Virus record (IMG/VR): IMGVR_UViG_3300009703_004110
Location: 133,298 to 197,297 of that record
Length of the DNA stretch: 64,000 nt
From: a virus
Direction: 5' to 3' (one strand)
The notes below the pieces were generated by a model. It did no database searches and had not been told where the DNA came from. It saw nothing but the letters and a program-made list of their open reading frames with translations. How positions within the stretch are numbered: the stretch's first letter is position 1; each line of letters starts with the position of its first letter. Made by a program: the position numbers and the translations under genes. Positions 36,274 through 46,502 of the stretch are shown piece by piece.

Positions 36274-38091
36274 TTATTCAGATAGAACAATCATACCCAA
36301 AATGTTAGAATTAATGTATTCTTTTGCTCTTTCTAGAGAGGAAACAAGGTCCTCTACCGCGCTCTCATAACCGTCTGTTAGTCCCGAAAACTCTATAAAA
36401 AAGTCCGGAGATTTAATTTTATCTATCATAGCGAAAACTTTTTCCGCAGCATCTGATGATGCCTTAGATGATGATACCAGGCTATCAATAATTTCCAAGG
36501 TAGTTGTTATATCCCTTATATCATTCAATATTCTAATAGAGTCCCTTACCTTAATCAGATATGACTTAATCAAAGCAGTATTTCTTTTAACAGACTGATG
36601 AAACTGGCCTTTGGAATTAGATATTACCTCATCATTTCCTTGATGCTTTTCGTATTCAATTTTGTTTTTAAGCATCTTCTCAAGAGATTCTTCAGCAATA
36701 GTCTGTGCACGTTGCAAAGCCTTTATAGCTTCCTTGCCCTTTCTCTTTACGTCGTCTGGAACAGGAATACCGGCGTTTCTAAGAAGGGAGCTGTCCGCCT
36801 TAATAGTGATTTTAGCATTAGGATATTTATCTTTGATACAAGTCAATATATTTATCGCATCCATGTCTGAAGATAAAGATAATATTTCTACTGTATCTAA
36901 ATCTATCAGCTCTCCATGCTGGTAAGTCATTTTATGCTTTAGCATATCTACCAGATTTCTAGGCGCAGATGCGGATGTACAGAATATTATTTTCTCTTTA
37001 GAGTCATAAGCTGTTTTTATAGAACTAAGAAGCTTGCCGACTTCGTTGTTATACGGCATGTCTCCATCTATATGTAGAAATTCAGCAAAGCTGCCCCTAA
37101 CTAATCTTCCAATAGAATGTTCTTTTCTCGCGTCTACAGATAGACTCTTTGTTACAAATACAGATAACCCATTGATATCAGTCGTCATAAATCCTTGCCA
37201 GCTATCATCAACATCAATGCTTCTAGTATAGTTTTTTACTTGCGCCGCTTGTGCGAATAAGCCATCCATATAGAACGCAGTAACGCTCTCAATAGGCTGA
37301 GGCGCAAGGTTAATTAAATCGGAAGTAAGGCCTAGACTCTTTCTAGATGCCTTCTTGGATAAAGTTGGAGATATATTAACAACAGGAAAGTTATTCCATT
37401 TATATGCCCCATTCTTCTGGAAATCAAAATGAGTTAATATCGCACTCTTAGAAAAGCCGGCCTCTGAAGATGTCTTATTGATATCCTTTATTAAGTGAGA
37501 ACGTCTTCCTATCTCAATCATATCACCAACATCGATTCCAAGTCGACTTGTTAACCCGCCATATATTTCTAAGACATATTTTATATCTGAGCATCCGAAT
37601 GTCGCTAAAGATCCTGGCTCGATGTTGCGATAGATTCTTCTTATAACGTTATCCTCGTTTACAAAAAGTATATCAATCGGAAAAGATACAGATCCCATGT
37701 GATATAGTACATCCTCCGGCCTTCTATATTTAAAGAGAAGGCCGGCATCTTCACCTAAAGATTTATAAGATTGAAGCCCAATGACTTTATCTTGGTAACT
37801 TTCGGCCACACCACATAAAAATACTGCTAATGGAGAATTTGCCCCATTATAAACTGTAATCTGAGCTTTCTTTTTAGTATCTTGATCATCAACCCAACTA
37901 TAGTCATTACACTCGACGGGGCTTATAATGCCGCCCTCATAGCCCATAATCTCCTGATCTTCTAAAACGGACTTTTCTGGAACTAGTCCATCATACGGTT
38001 CTGAGGTATCTTGCTCAATTGACATAGGGCCACCTTCTGGTGTAGTATCTTTGATAGAACCTGGTGCTCCAAGCAATGCAGTTTTCTTCAT
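36274..38091 (-). CDS. DUF192 (COG1430)-domain fusion protein
   Basis: AESYQDKVIGLQ...GLLF...HMGSVSFPIDILFV...YVLEIYGG...GIDVGD plus C-terminal helical region. Confidence 0.7.
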   Translation of the reverse strand: MKKTALLGAPGSIKDTTPEGGPMSIEQDTSEPYDGLVPEKSVLEDQEIMGYEGGIISPVECNDYSWVDDQDTKKKAQITVYNGANSPLAVFLCGVAESYQDKVIGLQSYKSLGEDAGLLFKYRRPEDVLYHMGSVSFPIDILFVNEDNVIRRIYRNIEPGSLATFGCSDIKYVLEIYGGLTSRLGIDVGDMIEIGRRSHLIKDINKTSSEAGFSKSAILTHFDFQKNGAYKWNNFPVVNISPTLSKKASRKSLGLTSDLINLAPQPIESVTAFYMDGLFAQAAQVKNYTRSIDVDDSWQGFMTTDINGLSVFVTKSLSVDARKEHSIGRLVRGSFAEFLHIDGDMPYNNEVGKLLSSIKTAYDSKEKIIFCTSASAPRNLVDMLKHKMTYQHGELIDLDTVEILSLSSDMDAINILTCIKDKYPNAKITIKADSSLLRNAGIPVPDDVKRKGKEAIKALQRAQTIAEESLEKMLKNKIEYEKHQGNDEVISNSKGQFHQSVKRNTALIKSYLIKVRDSIRILNDIRDITTTLEIIDSLVSSSKASSDAAEKVFAMIDKIKSPDFFIEFSGLTDGYESAVEDLVSSLERAKEYINSNILGMIVLSE

Positions 38092-38099
38092 AATACCTC

Positions 38100-38387
38100 C
38101 TATAGCATCCTTGCGAGTTCGTCTAGAACTTGCGTTATATATGCTGGATTTTTACCATTGAGCGTATTTTTAATCAAACTAATGCTAACACCAATAGACG
38201 CCCCACCGGGTGTTTTCTTGCTCGCCATATCCGGCACATTAAGTTCGTTAATCTTTTTCCTTAAATTAGGATAAGCTTTGACCCTAGACTCTAATGACAT
38301 CTTATAAAGCATGATATCAATAATACTCTTAATTTGCTTAGCCACATATTGCGGATTTTCATAAATGTATTGAGATTCTTTTTTCAT
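38100..38387 (-). CDS. hypothetical head-block protein
   Basis: Begins MKKESQ; ATGA coupling. Confidence 0.65.
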   Translation of the reverse strand: MKKESQYIYENPQYVAKQIKSIIDIMLYKMSLESRVKAYPNLRKKINELNVPDMASKKTPGGASIGVSISLIKNTLNGKNPAYITQVLDELARML

Positions 38388-38920
38388 TCCGACTCCGACA
38401 AATATTGTTCAGCACGAGTTACAATCTTTTTATAGGCAGATTGCTTAGCCTTAGATAAATTAGCGTGCTTACTGTATTCAAGAAGTATAGTTCTGCTAAA
38501 TATCTTGGTCAATTTCTTTAAAATATCATTAGTATTAACTAAATTAGCATTTGTAATTTTAATCATTAGCTGATTAAAAAGAATCGTGGGATCCTCTTCT
38601 GTTGTTTCAGCATATTTTACAAGTAAATAATCGGTAAAGTCAGCAAGAGTCTGATTGTCTTGATCATCAGCTGCATCACCAAGTTCCACCATCAAATTAA
38701 TTATATCAGAAAAAGACCTTTTATCTTTTTCTTTCGGCTCTTTATAATGGTTCTCCTCGTAATTAGCAGGATCTTGCCCAAACCCTTCGACTCCCATCTC
38801 AAGCAAATTCCAGCCATTAGCACCTTCGGCCGCAACGTCATTTTCACGAAATGATATAGGTACATTCTTAACTGGCTTTGGTTCTTCTGGAATAGAAGAT
38901 CTGTGAGATTCTTTTTTCAC
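38384..38920 (-). CDS. hypothetical head-block protein with helical-hairpin motif
   Basis: Begins MKKESH; IINLMVELGDAADDQDNQTLADFTD. Confidence 0.65.
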   Translation of the reverse strand: MKKESHRSSIPEEPKPVKNVPISFRENDVAAEGANGWNLLEMGVEGFGQDPANYEENHYKEPKEKDKRSFSDIINLMVELGDAADDQDNQTLADFTDYLLVKYAETTEEDPTILFNQLMIKITNANLVNTNDILKKLTKIFSRTILLEYSKHANLSKAKQSAYKKIVTRAEQYLSESE

Positions 38921-39162
38921 TTATTGTCTGCGCCTCGCACATTGGTTATACCATAATCAGATTTGCCAACTTCACTTGCTTTACTTGCGCTTCTGTACTT
39001 AGCCGGCTTCTTTTTCTTACCGGATACAATATCCGAAATAGAAAACTTCTCACCATCCTCACCTTCGTAATACGAACTGGTACTTGTAGCTGCAGCAATC
39101 TTTTTTAAATCGACAAGTTCTTCGGCTGTGATTGGAAATAACTCACTATATAATTTGGACAT
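38917..39162 (-). CDS. hypothetical protein
   Basis: 81 aa ORF downstream of portal. Confidence 0.55.
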   Translation of the reverse strand: MSKLYSELFPITAEELVDLKKIAAATSTSSYYEGEDGEKFSISDIVSGKKKKPAKYRSASKASEVGKSDYGITNVRGADNK

Positions 39163-39192
39163 ACGGGCCCCCTGCTTAGAATCTAAATATTA

Positions 39193-40983
39193 CTATGCCG
39201 GAGGGGGAGCTTCTCCTCCGCCACCACCAGCTTCTGGTGATCCTCCAAGATCTAAGCTGCCTTCTGCTCCGCCATCTTCAGCCCCAGGCATTGGAGGCAG
39301 CCCTCCCATGTCAAGGCCTCCGCCACCTCCGACGCCAGGTAATCCGCCCATATCTTCGCCACCGGGCTCTTCCATCCCCGGAAGGTCGTCTCCATCTGGT
39401 GGCTCTGCAATAGCGCTATCTGCATCAAGATTCCTAAGCTCAGCTAGCCTCATACCGTTCATAGACTGCTCTTCCTTCTGTCGGATGACGTTAGCGATAA
39501 GCTCTTCTTTAAGACGCCTGTCTTCTTCTTCCTTACTTAGGCCCAAACTTCTATATAGAGTCTGCAGAGAGACCTTGTTGTCTGATACGAAGTTAGATAT
39601 GTTCTGGATATAATCATTCATATCGTATAGGTTCATATGGTTGAAGTCTACTTGCGGAATTACGAGTCTTTTTTCGCCATCAACATATTCAAAAAATCCT
39701 TGTATTTCGCATATTGGTGCGAAAATCTTTTGCTCAAGCCACTTCTTAATCATATTTCTAAAGATATCGTATCTCTGCCTTAGAACCTCTAAGCCAACAG
39801 ATGAGCTGGCGTAAGTTACGCCCTCCTGATCCATCAGTGCCTTCGGTGTCATTAGTCCTGTATAGATATTATTATTGATTAATTCTATATCTGAAGCTAT
39901 ATCCAAAACCGATCCAGAGAATCCAACTCTCTCGATTGTAACACCTTCGTGAGTCACAATCTTGAAGTCTTTATCGTACTGAGCCTCTTCTAGAATTATT
40001 CTAAATGCGTCAATGTCCGCCTGAGTTGGCCTATAATCGTTAGAGCCTCCAAGCTTAACCAGAGTTAATGGATTAACCATTCCGTCTGCTTGCGCAAATT
40101 TAGATTCACGAAGTTTGTCATATAGCATCAAATCTTTATAGATTGATACAATTACAGAGGTTCCTCTAATGTCATAAGGGGAGCTTAAAAGCTTAAGGTG
40201 AGAAACGTTAAGTGCATCTAATGGAATATTCTGACCTTTTTTAACAAAGTCCAAAATATACTTAGGCATCCTTCGCCTCATTTGCAAATCAGCAGGAGCA
40301 TTAGAGTTAACTAATCTTTGCAGAGATGCATCGGGCCTAAGCGAAATAATAGTCTGATCGCCAATCGCCGGCTTCTTGACATGGGTATAGTCCGGATTAA
40401 GAACTGTAATTCTTTTCCACATACCAGTCTTTCGATCTAATTCGGCATACGGGAAGGCCTCTCCCATCTTCCAGAACTCAAGCGATACGCCATACACTAT
40501 GGAGTATAAGTCGATTCTCTCGGCCATCTCAAGAAAGAACTCTTGAACCTGCTTGCTTTTGCAGGTTATGTTTATTTTAGAGATAGGATAAGAGGCGTGC
40601 AAGTTGATAGCATTTCTAACAATAGGATGTGTATCATAAAAAATCCTATTCCATGCATTCATCGTGACTCGATCACGAGGTAAGTTTAGATTAGATAATT
40701 GAAATAATGGAGAATAAACATCTGGCGCTAAACGATCTGTAGCACTCGTAGATGAAGGTAGAACAGTTCCACCAGAAGACGCACTCTTTCTAAATCCAGG
40801 ACTATGAGCTACTGCGGAATCAGCAAATTTGCTGAAGCTAGCAGGATCCATGTTCTCTTCTCTGCTCAAAGCAGTAGAAACTTCTGCCCTACGAAGCTTA
40901 GAAAGCTTATCAAGGGTGTTCTTATCTACTGAACCTCGATCAAGAACATTATTATTTGATGGTCTCTCGCCTCTTCTGGGCAT
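39193..40983 (-). CDS. portal protein
   Basis: Follows TerL; HPIVRNAI, GEAFPY, ITVLNPDY, SPYDIRGTS, ISNF...VSLQTLY; Gly/Pro acidic tail. Confidence 0.85.
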   Translation of the reverse strand: MPRRGERPSNNNVLDRGSVDKNTLDKLSKLRRAEVSTALSREENMDPASFSKFADSAVAHSPGFRKSASSGGTVLPSSTSATDRLAPDVYSPLFQLSNLNLPRDRVTMNAWNRIFYDTHPIVRNAINLHASYPISKINITCKSKQVQEFFLEMAERIDLYSIVYGVSLEFWKMGEAFPYAELDRKTGMWKRITVLNPDYTHVKKPAIGDQTIISLRPDASLQRLVNSNAPADLQMRRRMPKYILDFVKKGQNIPLDALNVSHLKLLSSPYDIRGTSVIVSIYKDLMLYDKLRESKFAQADGMVNPLTLVKLGGSNDYRPTQADIDAFRIILEEAQYDKDFKIVTHEGVTIERVGFSGSVLDIASDIELINNNIYTGLMTPKALMDQEGVTYASSSVGLEVLRQRYDIFRNMIKKWLEQKIFAPICEIQGFFEYVDGEKRLVIPQVDFNHMNLYDMNDYIQNISNFVSDNKVSLQTLYRSLGLSKEEEDRRLKEELIANVIRQKEEQSMNGMRLAELRNLDADSAIAEPPDGDDLPGMEEPGGEDMGGLPGVGGGGGLDMGGLPPMPGAEDGGAEGSLDLGGSPEAGGGGGEAPPPA

Positions 40984-40995
40984 ATGGGAGTCTCC

Positions 40996-42783
40996 TTATC
41001 TAAGTCTTGGTAGATGAGCAAGGGATGGCAATGGCATCGTTGTTTCTTTGTCAACTCCAGGCCTAATAGTGAAACCCTTAGTCATATCATACTTCCAAGC
41101 TATATACGCATACATTAAAGCCATAAGGCCGTCATTAGGTATACTACCTTTTTTATATATTTTAATTGGCTGCCCAGAGGATATTCTTGTTCCCTGTTCC
41201 ATTGAGGTACAGTGATCAATTAACCACTCCAGATGCTCATAGCTCTGCCAAGGGAATCTAATTTTGCCTTTTTTAAACTTCTCAAATATTTCATCAATAA
41301 GAAGGTCTTTGTGATAACCAACCATTAGTTCATCCTCACGATACTTTAAAGGCTTAGCTAAGTTACCACTTCCTTGGGCCCCAAGAAATCTATCTCCATA
41401 TATCATTTGTAGATCTGTAACTACGTCCTGACCATAGAAATGATCGGATACACCTCTTTGGATTCCAAACCTTCTATAGCATTCTTTAATGGTTGCTATC
41501 TTATGCTTGAATCTATGCTCGCCAATTTTATGAGCATGCTCTACCAGAAGGGTGCCATCTGCTTGTGCCGACAATACCACTACGCAAGAGAAAGATTGCC
41601 CTCGGTCTATATTGTCATTCTCTACTTTACCACCCCAGTCTACACCAAGATATGTTCTCTTATGATGCGGATCAATTTTTCTCGCCATAGACCTGTCCTG
41701 ATCTCGACACATCTCATATATATCGGCCTTGGTCAACGGAAGACCTGCACCAGAATAGAATTCTCCAATAACCTCATTGTTCCACACTCGGTTGGACTGG
41801 GTCGGATTATTCTCAGGCATCAAGTCTAGAATGTTTTGTTTTGGAAAATTAGGAAGATAGAGCTGATTAATATGATAGCCAACATACTTGGCTGTAGCAG
41901 GGTCTCTAGTAGGAACCCACTTTCCAAGCTCAATTGACTCAATCTTATGCTGCTTATGTCCGCATAGTGGGCACTGAATAGTGAAGCCCTCTACCCAAAT
42001 AGTCTTCCATCGATCATCACCAGATAGATAGAATGGAAAATGATCTTTACAGTTGCCGCATCCAAGGTGATAATATCTCTGATCTGATTGTTCCCAGATG
42101 GAATGAAAGTAAGAGCTTCTTTCTTTTGGAGTTCCGAAGTAAACTTGAACGCCCTTACCTACGGCGCCGTATTTTGCAGCGGTTAATATCTTGGTGGCAT
42201 TACCAATTGCCGCACCATACATGTCCTGAACCTCATCAAAGAAGGTTACATCTGCAGTCATACCTCTGATTCTATCCGCATCTCTACCGAGACTATCTAC
42301 CCATAAGGTTCCAGAGGTAAATTGCTTCATCGTCAGATTATCTACGGCATTAATATCTTTGAGCTTATTCTTGTTAATGATATCATTCTTAGCCGTTCTA
42401 ATCATTCCCTCTAGTTTATCTTGAGTGAACTTCTTTACCATAGCTAAAGCAGGAAAAGCATGCAATACTCTAATTGGAGGATTAGAAAAAAGGCCGCTAT
42501 TAGTCAGATATAGATCTAGGGCGCCAGCCATCATGGTTGCACCAACCTGACGACCCTTACATAATACAACAGGCTTCCCTATTTCGGTGGTAGCCTGCAT
42601 AGCAATATAACGATAAATGTCGGCCATGAATTTCCATCCATTGCCGACAATCCTAAACGGTTGTCCGTCAATCGTTAAATTATTTTCAACAAAGTGAGCC
42701 GGATCATAATCTAAAAAACTAGATTTGATCTGAGTAAACAGCTCATCATTACTTTTAATTAAATCTTTCTTATACTTTGACAC
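40996..42783 (-). CDS. terL: terminase large subunit (lambda GpA-like)
   Basis: Walker A KGRQVGAT, Walker B FFDEVQD, FGTP, CxxC/CxxC insert, nuclease GVDWG...NDGLMA. Confidence 0.92.
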   Translation of the reverse strand: MSKYKKDLIKSNDELFTQIKSSFLDYDPAHFVENNLTIDGQPFRIVGNGWKFMADIYRYIAMQATTEIGKPVVLCKGRQVGATMMAGALDLYLTNSGLFSNPPIRVLHAFPALAMVKKFTQDKLEGMIRTAKNDIINKNKLKDINAVDNLTMKQFTSGTLWVDSLGRDADRIRGMTADVTFFDEVQDMYGAAIGNATKILTAAKYGAVGKGVQVYFGTPKERSSYFHSIWEQSDQRYYHLGCGNCKDHFPFYLSGDDRWKTIWVEGFTIQCPLCGHKQHKIESIELGKWVPTRDPATAKYVGYHINQLYLPNFPKQNILDLMPENNPTQSNRVWNNEVIGEFYSGAGLPLTKADIYEMCRDQDRSMARKIDPHHKRTYLGVDWGGKVENDNIDRGQSFSCVVVLSAQADGTLLVEHAHKIGEHRFKHKIATIKECYRRFGIQRGVSDHFYGQDVVTDLQMIYGDRFLGAQGSGNLAKPLKYREDELMVGYHKDLLIDEIFEKFKKGKIRFPWQSYEHLEWLIDHCTSMEQGTRISSGQPIKIYKKGSIPNDGLMALMYAYIAWKYDMTKGFTIRPGVDKETTMPLPSLAHLPRLR

Positions 42784-42794
42784 AGATCACCTTA

Positions 42795-43397
42795 TTACAC
42801 TGTTGGTTCAGCGTGCTGGTAATACTCTGCTCTATTGTCTTCTGCATCACCAGATGCTATCGGCTCTGGCGGAACGTATTTTACATCATACTCTTCATCA
42901 TCAGATACAAGAGTTCCGATCCACTCCTGTAATTTCTTAAGATTGATTGGAAGATCGACGAAGCGTAAGCCAGGTTCTTTTCTGCATCTATCAAGTACAG
43001 TAGGGACATCAAGATGAGGCTCATGATCTGAAAGGTCTTTAATGTAACTTAATATTTGGCTCATAGCTTTGATATCAGACTCGCTATGCTCAGCCTTTGC
43101 AGTCTTAATTTTACATACGCATGAAGCTACCTTTTCACATCCGCAGTTTTGGGAAGCTACCTTAGGCTCTTCGTTACGATATTCTGCTAACAGATCAAAT
43201 CCTATTCGACTTTTAATATCTGCCATTTTAGCATCTATCGTTCTAAATCGCCTAGCGTTATCTAATATACGAGTCCTATCACCTCCGTCTAGATATTCTA
43301 AATTTGCTTCTTTAGCTATGCTATTTGCAAATTCATCCAACCAGTCGCAAGTTATATTATAGTTCTCTGTTAAATCAGATTGCCTGTTAATCTTCAT
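42795..43397 (-). CDS. hypothetical head-block protein
   Basis: 200 aa, several K-x-A sites. Confidence 0.65.
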   Translation of the reverse strand: MKINRQSDLTENYNITCDWLDEFANSIAKEANLEYLDGGDRTRILDNARRFRTIDAKMADIKSRIGFDLLAEYRNEEPKVASQNCGCEKVASCVCKIKTAKAEHSESDIKAMSQILSYIKDLSDHEPHLDVPTVLDRCRKEPGLRFVDLPINLKKLQEWIGTLVSDDEEYDVKYVPPEPIASGDAEDNRAEYYQHAEPTV

Positions 43398-43407
43398 TTG
43401 TAATCCT

Positions 43408-44481
43408 TTATCCGAAGTAATTCTTAATAAAGTCTATACCGTGACCCTCAGTTTCTTTACCACTTTGTGGAGTTGCACCAATAGTTCCACGATCCTTAAA
43501 GATCGGAAATCCGTAATCCATCACTAACTGAAGAACAGCAAGCTCTTCACGGTCGGTTAGTTTGTACTTGTCCTTTAGAAAGTCATAAACATCTTCAAAT
43601 GGGTGTCCACCAGAAACTACAGAGTTGACAAGAATGCCAGAAATAGCTCTTTCGAATGGGGTCATAACCATTTGTACACGAGAGACGGTTGCTTCCTTTT
43701 GCATAGGCTCATTATCAGATACTCCAGCAAGAATGATGACCTCTTCGAGATCAACCGAACTGTTGGACTTTAACTTCTTCTTAAGCTTGCCCATGTGCTC
43801 TTTTAATGCACTCATATCGTGAATCATGTTAACTCTTGCCTTCTCGATAAAATCCATATCAAGAACGTGACTTACGTCCTTTCTAACAGCCTCTGAAACT
43901 TCATTATTCAGTCTGTTCAAATAAGAGTAGGCCCTTTCACATCCGGAAATAGAGCGGCCATCGTGACGAGGAATGCCGCCAGGGTAGCCTTCCTGTAGAT
44001 AATTTGTAAAGTGTGAAACATCTCTGTCGTCAACCCATGAGGTCTGCTTTGGCTCTTCTGGCTCAGGTTCAGGATCTTCGACATAAGCAACATCAGATCC
44101 TGGAAGATATAGGCCATCACGGTTCTCATCGGACTGCTCTTCTGGATGGTCCCCTTCTTCAAATCCCATTAGCCCATGCAATAGACCTTCTGAAACTTCT
44201 TCATCTGAAGGCTCTGAACCTTCCTCAAATGTAACTTCTTCGAACGGTATAATATCAGCCTCTTCTATAGGTAGTTCTTCCTCTTCCTCAAAGGTAACAA
44301 CTAATGGCTCGATCTCCTCTATGTCAAGCTCAGGCATATCAGAGCCTTCCTCGACCTCAAGAAGCTCATGTAGATCAGGTTCGTCAGCTAAACTTTCAGC
44401 CACGGGAGGATGAGCAATCTCCTCTTCTCTTGCGCCTGGATATACATAGCTTATTTTTTTCATTACGTTCTCCTTAACCAA
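43408..44481 (-). CDS. acidic head-block protein
   Basis: Very acidic N-half, ordered helical C-half. Confidence 0.65.
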   Translation of the reverse strand: MVKENVMKKISYVYPGAREEEIAHPPVAESLADEPDLHELLEVEEGSDMPELDIEEIEPLVVTFEEEEELPIEEADIIPFEEVTFEEGSEPSDEEVSEGLLHGLMGFEEGDHPEEQSDENRDGLYLPGSDVAYVEDPEPEPEEPKQTSWVDDRDVSHFTNYLQEGYPGGIPRHDGRSISGCERAYSYLNRLNNEVSEAVRKDVSHVLDMDFIEKARVNMIHDMSALKEHMGKLKKKLKSNSSVDLEEVIILAGVSDNEPMQKEATVSRVQMVMTPFERAISGILVNSVVSGGHPFEDVYDFLKDKYKLTDREELAVLQLVMDYGFPIFKDRGTIGATPQSGKETEGHGIDFIKNYFG

Positions 44482-44752
44482 AAAAACTCATAAGGCCGTG
44501 CCACGTATTAGTGATATTATCATCACCAACCGCTCCAGAATCCGGATACGGACCAGTAGAGAGTGGCTTAGCCGATTCACCCGTCCATATCCTTGGGGAT
44601 AGGGGGCTACCATTTAAAGGAATATTAACAGAAAATTCTTCAGACAGCAGAGGGGCATCAGGATCAGCTTCAGCACTCTCTTCTTCAGAGCCTTCAAGTT
44701 CATCATTCATTTCTTTATTTAAGAAATCAAAAAAATCTTTGGGGCTTGACAT
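44474..44752 (-). CDS. hypothetical protein
   Basis: AAGGAG RBS and late-type motif upstream. Confidence 0.6.
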   Translation of the reverse strand: MSSPKDFFDFLNKEMNDELEGSEEESAEADPDAPLLSEEFSVNIPLNGSPLSPRIWTGESAKPLSTGPYPDSGAVGDDNITNTWHGLMSFFG

Positions 44753-44787
44753 ATTATACTCCTTCTAACACAATTATTATTAGCAAA

Positions 44788-45744
44788 TTATCCAGTGACT
44801 TTGACATGAAAATGATCATCTTCTTCGAGCTTAGACATTTGAAATTCACCACTTTGTTCTACCTCAGATAATAGCTCTTTTGTTTCGCCATCTTGAAGTC
44901 TTAAATCTATAGCATTACCAGAACCATGACCAGTATGAGCTAGGCCTAGAGATTCATAATATTCTGCGCCAGCTTTTACACCATTTCGGCTAGTTCCAAG
45001 ATCTAAAAAAATATCATTCATGCCTATGACCATATTTTTATTTTGATAAAGATCATAGAGATATATAAGGCCGGCATTAAGAGGCTTATTAGTTACGCTT
45101 CTTAGTCTATCAACAGTCGCCTGGCCATGAAAACGGGCATACTTATGCGCATCACTATCTGATACAATCCTGGAACCGTCTCCTCCCTGTCTTTGCCAAT
45201 TTTTAGCCATAGCACGAATTTGTGCTCGTGGAGATCTAAACCCACTGGTAACGTGCGGTTTGTGATATCCTTTTTCCTTCGCCAAATTGCCAAGAGCTGC
45301 GAGAAATTCTTTCATGGTATCTGAAACACCATCTAGATTTACACCTGTATTTGATTTTACAACTCCTTTATAGTCGCGTGAACCGCCTCTAAGTTTGCCG
45401 CTTAAACCCCCTCTGTCAAAAAGACCGGCTGCCCAGTCTCGTACTCTTCTGGTTCGCTCTTGTATGCCGTCTGATAATCCGGCAGCTTCTCCAGCAACTG
45501 TTCCGTCCGACTCCGCTTGAAGTATTTCTAAAACATCAGCTGGCCCACGATGGACCCTTCCCCACTTATCGCTATACTTATTCCAATACCACAATGTCCA
45601 AGAATTATAGTCAGAAGTATAAGACCCAGGCAAACTAGTTGCGTGATTCCTCCACCATAGCTCCAACTCTTTATAGTCAGGCCCTTGGCTAGAATACTCT
45701 TCCCAGTTGTAAGCAGTGAATGCTGTTTTTCTAATTTTATGCAT
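44788..45744 (-). CDS. M15-type (Hedgehog/DD-peptidase fold) peptidoglycan peptidase
   Basis: VTSGFRS, HGSGNAIDL (H-x6-D), EEDDHFHV. Confidence 0.75.
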   Translation of the reverse strand: MHKIRKTAFTAYNWEEYSSQGPDYKELELWWRNHATSLPGSYTSDYNSWTLWYWNKYSDKWGRVHRGPADVLEILQAESDGTVAGEAAGLSDGIQERTRRVRDWAAGLFDRGGLSGKLRGGSRDYKGVVKSNTGVNLDGVSDTMKEFLAALGNLAKEKGYHKPHVTSGFRSPRAQIRAMAKNWQRQGGDGSRIVSDSDAHKYARFHGQATVDRLRSVTNKPLNAGLIYLYDLYQNKNMVIGMNDIFLDLGTSRNGVKAGAEYYESLGLAHTGHGSGNAIDLRLQDGETKELLSEVEQSGEFQMSKLEEDDHFHVKVTG

Positions 45745-46492
45745 CCGCTAAATACTCCACTAATAATCTCTTCTGTATCAAAATATCTTTAAATTCGCCA
45801 ACCAATGGAACATTCTTAAACAAATCCAGCTCTTTTAATAATCGAATAGTTTTATCGGCGTCTAGTTTAAGTGCCTTAGCTAACTTTACGGTTATATACT
45901 TATCTTTAATATTTTCAGAAGAAAATAGCTCTGGATTATCTAGAGTGTATTTAATAATCTCATCTGATATCTCAAAATCATATCTTACAGCAAGGTTAAT
46001 TGCTCTGTATATTCTTCTTGGATCGTCACCGATGGAAATTTTTGGCTTGACCGGTGTTCTTATCACCCCGCTCTTTATATCATCGAAAGCCATTCCGGTT
46101 GGATCGTAGACCTCCTTAGTATCAAGATCTTGATGTAAAGTATTAATCGTAAAGTCTCTACTAAAGACCTCTGCCAAATGCTTCTTATCTTCGTCTAGTT
46201 CTTCCAGGACGCCTACCGACTCAAAGTTACTAGAGAAGTCAATATCAAAAGAGTCTGTATAGACAGTAACATGGCCATCATCTGATAGTTCAAAGGTTAC
46301 GTTTAGTGTTGAGGCTAGTAAGATTCCAAGTCTAAGTACATCTGCCGAGTTAGTCGTAAGGTCTATATCGGAAGTCTTAATATCTTTTCCTAGATATACG
46401 TCTCTAGCTAGGCCGCCTACAATGTAGGGCCTATCTATCTTATTTCTCTCAGCTATTTGAGAGATAAGCCTTAAGACGCTATCGACTTCCAT
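45737..46492 (-). CDS. class II tRNA nucleotidyltransferase / poly(A) polymerase family protein
   Basis: IVGGLARD, DIDL, SRDFTINTL, DPTG..DI..G.IRT, DDPRRIYRA. Confidence 0.85.
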   Translation of the reverse strand: MEVDSVLRLISQIAERNKIDRPYIVGGLARDVYLGKDIKTSDIDLTTNSADVLRLGILLASTLNVTFELSDDGHVTVYTDSFDIDFSSNFESVGVLEELDEDKKHLAEVFSRDFTINTLHQDLDTKEVYDPTGMAFDDIKSGVIRTPVKPKISIGDDPRRIYRAINLAVRYDFEISDEIIKYTLDNPELFSSENIKDKYITVKLAKALKLDADKTIRLLKELDLFKNVPLVGEFKDILIQKRLLVEYLADA

Positions 46493-46502
46493 GACTCAAT
46501 CC

